Below, in pieces: positions 56,831-64,000 of a stretch of DNA of 64,000 nucleotides. This stretch comes from Candidatus Thorarchaeota archaeon (GTDB taxonomy: Archaea > Asgardarchaeota > Thorarchaeia > Thorarchaeales > Thorarchaeaceae): NCBI GenBank assembly GCA_016933575.1, contig JAFGAR010000146.1, forward strand, positions 50,130 to 114,129, written 5' to 3'. The notes below the pieces were generated by a model, which saw only the letters and a program-made list of their open reading frames with translations, ran no database searches and had not been told where the DNA came from. The first letter of the stretch is position 1. The number at the start of each line of letters is the position of its first letter. The translations under genes were made by a program, and so were the position numbers.

Positions 56831-58408
56831 TTACCTGAGTCGATCACGGGTATCTCTTGATTGACGTTCTAACTCTCTCCTATTATGGTAGGAGTCTCTC
56901 ATGAGATCTTTGTATCTTCGAATGAAGTCTTCAGTGACCAAACGTCCATCTCGTAAGAGGTGCACGGTCTCTCGAAGGGCCTGACGAATTGATTCTGCAT
57001 CCCTCTGTAGAGCATCAATAGACACTTGTGGTCGATATTGCGGATTATAGTCCCTATTCGGTTCACTTTGCCTTCCGAGAGTTCTTTCTAGTTCATCTCT
57101 GAAGCTATCTGGCGTGGCGTATCCCGCACCAAATGGAACATTACCCGTCTGATATCTTGGATGTGGCCATTGTTGTGGAGGACGTTCAAAACGTGTGTCT
57201 ACGGGTCGAGGTTCATCATGTTTTGAATTGGGCGAAAGTAGTGAATAGACCATCCCTTCAATCTTCAATCGCACATCGCTAATACTCATCTCTTCTTGCT
57301 CTAGCTTCCGAACTCGCTTCATATCCGTCTGAATATATCTCTCAAACTTGCGCGCAATCTCAATGTAGTCTGGTAATACCTTCTTCGTTTGGTCGCTGCA
57401 TGAGATCCTGACATCTCCCTGTTTGAGTTTGAGAACCAACCTCTTCCTCAAACGACCATCTTCCTCTAGTGACTTGAGATATATTAATGGAAAATCAAAG
57501 ATAACTTCCATTTTCCGTCTGACTCTTCCTGTTTCCGCGATTAGTAGAAGTCTCTTATTTGTGACATACAGAGTCCCAATCGCCTTGTCATTCTTCAAAA
57601 AGTCACTACCATTCACTTTCACATCTGGCAGAGCACAGACAGGCAATTCTCCTACTGCGAGCTGAGCATTATCATAGAAGTCTGTAAATTGATTCTTATA
57701 ATATTCAAGACCATCCAGTTGTCTTTTGACTTCCTTGAGTGTAATTCGAAGCGGTTCGAGCGCCTCGTCAACGTTTTGTTTGTAGTATATTCCCAATTCA
57801 GTTATACGATTAGTGATACCTTCAATGAACGGAAACTGCGATGGATTCCATCTAGTATAGTCAACAAAGTTCTTAGTTTCTGCAGCCATTCTGCGAGCTA
57901 CTATCTCAGCCTGATTTCCAATCCGATTCTTCAGAGCAGGCAATTCCTCTTGGATCGCCTCAATTTTTTCTTCCAACCATCGATAGTGGAGGAAGTTCGC
58001 CATTCTCAGAGAAACCAACAGCCTCTTTGTTACTGTCAGTTTATTATTGAACTCCCGGAGTTTTGTATGACCATATTGAATGTTCATTATAGAGTGACGC
58101 ATCTCAAGGGCTAGTTTTCTTCTTTTATCCTCCAGTATCTCAACACGAGACGAATGACATGTAGGACAAATATCCACAGTACGTCTTCCTTTGGTGAGAT
58201 TCTCTGACTCACACTCCGGACAACGTTCGAATTTCTCCCCTGGAATCGGTTCTCCTAAAGAATGGTGGCAGTTTCCACAGACGATGTACTCATTTGACCT
58301 ATTATCAAGGCAGTCTGAACAGAGTACCATTCCACAGTCTTCACAGATGTGCGTAGCTCTATTGTTCTGACAGGACTTGCATCTCTCAAGTGTAGAATCT
58401 TCTGTCAT
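56831..58408 (-). CDS. Zn-finger (B-box-like) / coiled-coil / PH(GRAM-GLUE-like) / steadiness-box-like multidomain protein
   Basis: Multiple CxxC pairs; GTLYVTNKRLLL PH strands; C-terminal LRDGRL..EDFIRRYKDL...YH.RR. Confidence 0.7.
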   Translation of the reverse strand: MTEDSTLERCKSCQNNRATHICEDCGMVLCSDCLDNRSNEYIVCGNCHHSLGEPIPGEKFERCPECESENLTKGRRTVDICPTCHSSRVEILEDKRRKLALEMRHSIMNIQYGHTKLREFNNKLTVTKRLLVSLRMANFLHYRWLEEKIEAIQEELPALKNRIGNQAEIVARRMAAETKNFVDYTRWNPSQFPFIEGITNRITELGIYYKQNVDEALEPLRITLKEVKRQLDGLEYYKNQFTDFYDNAQLAVGELPVCALPDVKVNGSDFLKNDKAIGTLYVTNKRLLLIAETGRVRRKMEVIFDFPLIYLKSLEEDGRLRKRLVLKLKQGDVRISCSDQTKKVLPDYIEIARKFERYIQTDMKRVRKLEQEEMSISDVRLKIEGMVYSLLSPNSKHDEPRPVDTRFERPPQQWPHPRYQTGNVPFGAGYATPDSFRDELERTLGRQSEPNRDYNPQYRPQVSIDALQRDAESIRQALRETVHLLRDGRLVTEDFIRRYKDLMRDSYHNRRELERQSRDTRDRLR

Positions 58409-58567
58409 ATGAGTACCTCCGGTAGTCTAATTCCATTGGGAAGATTATCCAAGAATAACCCGTGTATTACTCCTGAAACATTGTAGCTGATGATTGAATG
58501 TCACAATGTCCAAGCCACATTAGTTAAAACCAGTAGTTCTTTGCGACACCTTAGAAAGGAGATTGAT

Positions 58568-59953
58568 ATGGAAGACCTCGCACAAGCAGCAATTGATGCT
58601 GCTTTGAAGACTGGTGTAAGTTTCGCTGATGTGCGAATCGAGAACACTAAGACTACAATCATCGAGATCAGTGATGGTGTTTCGAAACAATCACTAAGCT
58701 CCCGCTTACGAGGCGCCGGAATTCGTGCATTCATTGATGGTGCCTGGGCTTTCGCGCAGACAACAGACCTAACGAACTCAGGAATGCAGGCAACTGGCGA
58801 ATCGGTAGCAAAGATGGCGATTGCTACAAAGGAGCGTGTTGCTGAAAAGTTTACTATCGACGGCCCCTCCTTTCAAGGTCACTTTGAGTATAAAGTATCG
58901 AAACCTTTCGATAGTATTTCTATTGATGAGAAAATGGCTCTTGTAAAAATGATTGACGACCAGGCAAGAGACTTTGATAAACGGATAGCCTCAACCCGGT
59001 CTGTATATGGCGACCTATGGACTGAATTATACATTGCTAACTCACTTGGAACGAATATCTACACTCAGAACTCAATTCCGCGACTAATATCCGCGCCTAC
59101 AGCCAAAGATGGTCCAAATAGACAACGCACATTCAAATCAATAGGGGTTCGGGGTGGATATGAAATCATGAGTACTGATGATGCCCAAAACATTGGTACT
59201 GAAGCTGCGAAGCTTGTCATTGATCTCCTTTCCTCTGTATCCGCCAAAGGAGGAACATATGATGTTGTCATGGATCCAATCTTGAATGGTGTTATGATTC
59301 ATGAAGCATTTGGCCATGCAGCTGAAGCTGATAATTGGCCAGCTCATTCCACGGTTCTTGAAGACAAGATAGGAAAGTCTGTTGGTCCTGACTATCTCAA
59401 TATTACTGATGATCCCACACTCAAAGACCAACGGGGTTCCTTCGAGTATGATTGGGAAGGTACCCGGACTAAGAAACGTGGTCTGGTCAAAGATGGTATA
59501 CTGACAGAAGTCCTACACAGTCTTGAGACTGCTAGTAGAATGGCGCTTGAACCTAATGGAGCAGCCAGAAGTCAATCCTTCATGTACGAACCACTTCCGC
59601 GAATGAGTAACACCTTCATGGAGCCAGGTGATTGGAATGTGGTAGAACTCATCGAAGATACAAAGACTGGAATTCTCCTCTGCAATTTCAACTATGGTTA
59701 TACCCAACCTGCAAAAGGGCAATTCATGTTCCAAGCTAGCCATGGATATCTGATTGAAAATGGAGAGATTGGACTGATGGTACGTGATGTATCGCTTGCA
59801 GGTAACATCCTTGAGGTCCTCGCAAAGGTGGATGCGATTGGAGATGACTTTATGCTGGATGCAGGAAGCTGTGGGAAAGGCGGGCAAGCCATTCCGACAA
59901 CTACAGGAGGTCCTCATGCGAGAATTAGACAGGTTCCCGTAGGAGGTATGTAG
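58568..59953 (+). CDS. tldD: TldD metalloprotease subunit
   Basis: G.GIRA..DGAW.FA, HEAFGH..E, PRMSNTF..PG, CGKGGQ. Confidence 0.93.
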   Translation: MEDLAQAAIDAALKTGVSFADVRIENTKTTIIEISDGVSKQSLSSRLRGAGIRAFIDGAWAFAQTTDLTNSGMQATGESVAKMAIATKERVAEKFTIDGPSFQGHFEYKVSKPFDSISIDEKMALVKMIDDQARDFDKRIASTRSVYGDLWTELYIANSLGTNIYTQNSIPRLISAPTAKDGPNRQRTFKSIGVRGGYEIMSTDDAQNIGTEAAKLVIDLLSSVSAKGGTYDVVMDPILNGVMIHEAFGHAAEADNWPAHSTVLEDKIGKSVGPDYLNITDDPTLKDQRGSFEYDWEGTRTKKRGLVKDGILTEVLHSLETASRMALEPNGAARSQSFMYEPLPRMSNTFMEPGDWNVVELIEDTKTGILLCNFNYGYTQPAKGQFMFQASHGYLIENGEIGLMVRDVSLAGNILEVLAKVDAIGDDFMLDAGSCGKGGQAIPTTTGGPHARIRQVPVGGM

Positions 59954-59954
59954 A

Positions 59955-61304
59955 ATGGATACCAATCTTCTCGATATTGCTGAGAAAGCTGTAAATCTTG
60001 CAGAAAGACAAGGTGCTGATCAAGCTGAGGTATACATCGGACGAATTCAATCCTTTGAGATAGAAGCAGAGAACAATGCAATAAAATATGCCAGTGAACG
60101 AATTGATGCAGGAATAGGAATTCGCACCATCGTTGGTAAGAAAATTGGTTTTGCCTATGTGACTACATTGGATGATACTGATATTCAAGAAGCTGTGTCA
60201 AATTCATTAAGCCTTGCTAGGGCATCTATCCCCGATCCTGATTTTGTTTCCTTACCAGACTATTCTAGTGACTATCATCAGACAAGAGGTCTCTTTGATA
60301 AACGGATTCAAGACCTTACTTCTGAAGAAGCCGCAGAAATCATAATTCGAATCATCGATACATCAAAGCAATTACTGGTAGATCGCGATTACGCAATTGA
60401 AGCTGCTGTGTATACATCATCCAGCTCCAGTGCTATCGTAAATTCTTTGGGTATTTCAAAGTCTGAGTCTAAGACCTTTATCTCCGTCAATGGAACCTCC
60501 ATCATCAAGGAAGATGGCGATCAGACTCTCAGTTATGATTATCAACTATCTCGCAATTTTGATGATATTGACCCAGAGTGGGTCGGGGAGAGCTCAGCTT
60601 CTCTCGCCATAAAAGCGCTCCATCCAAAGACCATTGAGGGAGGAGAGATGCCAGTGATTTTTGCTCCTCTTGGAGCCAGTGCCATTCTCGGGCGAGGATT
60701 TGCAGGCGCTATCAATGCAGAAGAAGTCCAGATGGGTCGTTCTTACATTGCTGATGCATTCGGTGAAAAGATAGCTTCAGACAAGCTTGAAATTATTGAT
60801 GACGGAGTCTTGCCTAGTGGTATTGGATCTAGAACATATGATGCTGAGGGATACAGGTCACAACGGACTGTGATCATTGAGGGTGGTGTTTTGAAGAGTC
60901 TTCTTCATAATTCCTATACTGCAAACAAAGATGATGTTGAGAATACTGGAAATGCAAGTCGTCCATCATATTCTGGTCTACCTAGTATCTCAACTAGCAA
61001 TTTCATGGTGAAACCTGGTAAAGGCGACCTTGAAGAATTCATCTCAGAAACCAAGAGAGGTGTGGTCTGTAGGAATACCGGGGACCTTCCCAATATGACA
61101 ACAGGCGACCTTAGTGCCATGATTATGGAGGGTTACTATATTGAGGATGGCGAGATTCAACATGCTCTCAAGAACACACTCATTGGAATAAACATGAAAC
61201 AATTGCTTCAACGTATCGCACATGTCGGTAACGATATTCGCACAGCTTCTGCGATGATCACACCCTCACTTGTAATCGAGAGAGCAAATATCACATCAGG
61301 ATAG
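59955..61304 (+). CDS. tldE: TldE/PmbA subunit
   Basis: GIGIR......GFA, YDAEG, STSN....PG, no HExxxH; directly follows tldD. Confidence 0.92.
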   Translation: MDTNLLDIAEKAVNLAERQGADQAEVYIGRIQSFEIEAENNAIKYASERIDAGIGIRTIVGKKIGFAYVTTLDDTDIQEAVSNSLSLARASIPDPDFVSLPDYSSDYHQTRGLFDKRIQDLTSEEAAEIIIRIIDTSKQLLVDRDYAIEAAVYTSSSSSAIVNSLGISKSESKTFISVNGTSIIKEDGDQTLSYDYQLSRNFDDIDPEWVGESSASLAIKALHPKTIEGGEMPVIFAPLGASAILGRGFAGAINAEEVQMGRSYIADAFGEKIASDKLEIIDDGVLPSGIGSRTYDAEGYRSQRTVIIEGGVLKSLLHNSYTANKDDVENTGNASRPSYSGLPSISTSNFMVKPGKGDLEEFISETKRGVVCRNTGDLPNMTTGDLSAMIMEGYYIEDGEIQHALKNTLIGINMKQLLQRIAHVGNDIRTASAMITPSLVIERANITSG

Positions 61305-61305
61305 A

Positions 61306-63261
61306 TTACATTCGCTCTACAACTGGAATTCCTAGTAATTTCAGGCAGTTAGTCATTGTGATCCTGTAGGCCTCTACAAGGGTCAATCTTGCATCCTTCA
61401 CTTCTTGGTCTGCCTTTAGAACAGGACAAGAGTCGTAGAATTTACTGAATAATGTCGCCAAACCATAGCCATAAGCTGTGAGTCTATTTGCATTGAAACT
61501 CGTACCCCAGAGTTCCTTCTTCATTGACCGTACTACTTCGAGTATCTCCTCTGGGAATCTCGATAATGCCTTTATTAGGTCATACTCCGCATCCGAAACA
61601 AGCAGTCCTAGGTCAGCTTTTCCTTCTGATGCTCTATCAACCTTTTCTAGAATTCTATGTGCACGTGCAAGGGAATATTGAAGATATGGCGATGCATCAC
61701 CTTGGAAGTCCAACGCCTCCTCCCAACGGAAGGTGATCTTTCTATCTGGTGACGCATTCAGCATGAAATATCGAACTGCACCGACAGCAACTTGATTTGC
61801 TATTTGTTTCTTTAGTTCATCTTTCTCATCGGGATTTCTTTTTTCAACCTCAATCAATGCAAGTTCAGTAGCTTTATCCAAGACATCATCAGTCGAATAT
61901 CCAATCCATGTCCCTTGTCTTCCTGAGAAGTCTTGTCCCTCAAGGCCTACGAACTCGTAGCCTATATGGTGTGACGCCTCACTCTCTTTATGATACCCCA
62001 TGAGATCAAGGATGGTGTAGACCATTCTCTGCGGGTGCGCCTGTCGTGATGCAATTACATTGAGCACAAGGTCGAACTTACCTAGATTCAAATCATCTCC
62101 ATCAACAGCAGTTCTTCTGATCTCTTTTCCATTAGGTTGTTTTTCAAAGACCTTGTACTTGAATGGGTCTTTGACCACACCAAATTTCCATAGCTGAAGG
62201 GCTACATCTGCCCCTGTGTATGTTCTTGTACCATCTGATCTGAATAGAATCTTGTAAGGATCCTTCATGTCCTTGAACTCGTCGATTACCGAGAGGTCTG
62301 CTACTATGCATCCTGCCTTCTCCCCTTCCTCAAGTTTGGTGATGTTCTTGTTTTTCATGATCATCTTTCTTACTTTCTCTAGAAGGCCGCTATGCGCGAT
62401 AGCACTCTCCCATACCTGATAGTCGTGAAATATTCCAAGCCGGTATGCTGTTTGATACTGTGCCTTCACGCACCTATCAACCATCCTCTCGCTCAGCTTA
62501 GCCTCTTCACTATCTAATTCCTCAATCTTTCTAGAGACCTCTCTTACTTCTCTTTTGATATTCTCATCAGTGTCAAAAGCCTCTTGAACGGCGACATATA
62601 GATGTCCTAGATAATGGTCATATTTTATATCGGGCTTTTGTTCTCCGACCTGTTTCAATTTCCATATTAATTCAGCAATCTGCAAACCTAGATCATTAAT
62701 GTAATCAAGACGGACTATCTCATATCCTACTTGTTGTAATATATTCGATAATGTATCACCAAGAACTGCATTTCTTGTGTGTCCGATATGCCATGGTTTG
62801 GAAGGATTTACAGCTGGCGACTCAATAAGTGCGCGTAGTCCTCTATATTCTGTACTCTTTCCATACCTGTCTGCAGTCTTAATTATGGATTTAATGGTTA
62901 TCTCAGCAAGTACTGCTCGATTGAGAAAGATATTGATATATGGTCCTTTAACCTGCACCTCTTGAATGAGTGGTTCCTTCTCCACAAGATCGGTTAGCTT
63001 CGGAAGCATATCTGCTGCTATGGCTGCAGGATTCTTCTTGAATGTCTTTGCGAGAGAAAAGGCAATTGTTGTTGCTAGGTCTCCAAGTGTAGAGTCGGGC
63101 GGTATCTCAATTGTTTCTTCCACTCTTTCAACAGGGAGCGAAGTCGCTTGAGCTAGCATCTCCACTACAACATCTCTTATCTTATGCCATGGATTGTCTG
63201 CAATTGCCTTAGACACGAGACCATACTCCTCTTCTGATGTATAGAAGTTGAATTGCTTCAT
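61306..63261 (-). CDS. argS: Arginyl-tRNA synthetase
   Basis: GPYINI, NP.KPWHIGH.RN..LGD, RSDGT, PYLQY..AR, FY..CPVL, C-terminal ERM. Confidence 0.95.
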   Translation of the reverse strand: MKQFNFYTSEEEYGLVSKAIADNPWHKIRDVVVEMLAQATSLPVERVEETIEIPPDSTLGDLATTIAFSLAKTFKKNPAAIAADMLPKLTDLVEKEPLIQEVQVKGPYINIFLNRAVLAEITIKSIIKTADRYGKSTEYRGLRALIESPAVNPSKPWHIGHTRNAVLGDTLSNILQQVGYEIVRLDYINDLGLQIAELIWKLKQVGEQKPDIKYDHYLGHLYVAVQEAFDTDENIKREVREVSRKIEELDSEEAKLSERMVDRCVKAQYQTAYRLGIFHDYQVWESAIAHSGLLEKVRKMIMKNKNITKLEEGEKAGCIVADLSVIDEFKDMKDPYKILFRSDGTRTYTGADVALQLWKFGVVKDPFKYKVFEKQPNGKEIRRTAVDGDDLNLGKFDLVLNVIASRQAHPQRMVYTILDLMGYHKESEASHHIGYEFVGLEGQDFSGRQGTWIGYSTDDVLDKATELALIEVEKRNPDEKDELKKQIANQVAVGAVRYFMLNASPDRKITFRWEEALDFQGDASPYLQYSLARAHRILEKVDRASEGKADLGLLVSDAEYDLIKALSRFPEEILEVVRSMKKELWGTSFNANRLTAYGYGLATLFSKFYDSCPVLKADQEVKDARLTLVEAYRITMTNCLKLLGIPVVERM

Positions 63262-63599
63262 AAACTAAGCGCATGCACTAAATTAGAAAAGAAAACGAAC
63301 GATATTGGACATAATATTTCAATTTACGCACGGAATAGGTCAAAAAGAAGGTTTTCGTATTCACGAAACATCTGATTATAGACGAAGCACCCATCGAATA
63401 GATAATATGTTTAATAGTTCTTTTAGCAAAAGTACGACAACCTTATAATCTTTTGTTATCTGCGCAAAGATAATTGTCCTCTCGAAGGATAATTACCCGC
63501 CGTGCCAATGATGGTCTCTCATGCGCCTGAGAGATCAACAGCATTCGAAGCACCGACAGCTCGAACCGCAGCTCTGCCACATGGTGGAAATGCAGGGAG

Positions 63600-64000
63600 A
63601 TGATTGGACTGGCCAGCAAACACTCTAAGACGAAACAACTGAAAGAGCGTATGGATGCAATCGGTTACCGCTGTTCTGCTTGTTCTTGTATAGAAGTATA
63701 TATTGACCATACTCGTGGCGAAGTCATCTGTTCTAATTGTGGACTCGTTCTCTCCGACCGCTCTATCGATATGGGCCCAGAGTGGCGTGCTTTTACCTCT
63801 GATGAGCAAAATGCTCGACAGCGTGTAGGAGGCCCCGCCGACTGGAGTAAATTCGATCAGGGACTTACAACTATAATCGGTCGACAGAATGTTGATGCAT
63901 CAGGCAGAAAATTGACGTCAACACGAAGGGCTCAGATTCATAGACTTCGGAAATGGCAGATACGCACAAAAGTACACTCTTCGGACAAACGCAACCTTGC
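63600..64000 (+). CDS. tfb: Transcription initiation factor IIB (5' part; runs off the window)
   Basis: From ATG 63600 or 63651: CSAC....IDHTRGEVICSNCGLVLSDRSIDMGPEWRAF...RLRKWQ. Confidence 0.92.
   Translation, partial: MIGLASKHSKTKQLKERMDAIGYRCSACSCIEVYIDHTRGEVICSNCGLVLSDRSIDMGPEWRAFTSDEQNARQRVGGPADWSKFDQGLTTIIGRQNVDASGRKLTSTRRAQIHRLRKWQIRTKVHSSDKRNL

Noticed and set aside
58568-61304. TldD/E as maturation protease for the candidate RiPP
   Set aside because: About 7 kb away beyond aspS and the ESCRT locus; TldD/E is a widespread archaeal housekeeping pair
63519-63809. 96-aa minus-strand ORF
   Set aside because: Antisense shadow of the tfb gene
1-64000. CRISPR arrays, rRNA genes, IS elements
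   Set aside because: No regularly spaced repeats, rRNA-like stretches or transposase motifs were seen by eye

Overview
A 64-kb window from an archaeal chromosome, very probably an Asgard archaeon (Thorarchaeia-like). The evidence is a eukaryote-type ESCRT locus (Vps4, ESCRT-III, Vps25, Vps22/36-like) alongside archaeal housekeeping genes: ABCE1, FBP aldolase/phosphatase, archaeal TPI, ArcS/RaSEA, NurA-HerA-Mre11-Rad50, PolB1-type polymerase, AspRS, ArgRS, TldD/E, TFB and two tRNA-Arg genes. No CRISPR array, transposase or integrase was seen. Highlights: (1) At 48.3-51.5 kb, a compact AT-richer cluster of a frameshifted wHTH regulator, a 142-aa hydrophobic precursor ending in -AA, a hairpin, an M48 membrane protease and an RDD-SpoIIM/DUF95 fusion. 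This resembles a head-to-tail circular bacteriocin (RiPP) system, a class characterised in bacteria. (2) An ESCRT locus with apparently reshuffled ESCRT-I/II modules: a Vps28-N fused to Vps22/36, and a Zn-finger/coiled-coil/PH(GLUE-like)/steadiness-box protein. (3) Further eukaryote-signature candidates: a mu-homology-like protein and an IFT52/GIFT-like protein. (4) Several metalloenzyme homologs that have lost metal ligands. All family calls come from visual motif recognition, not database searches.
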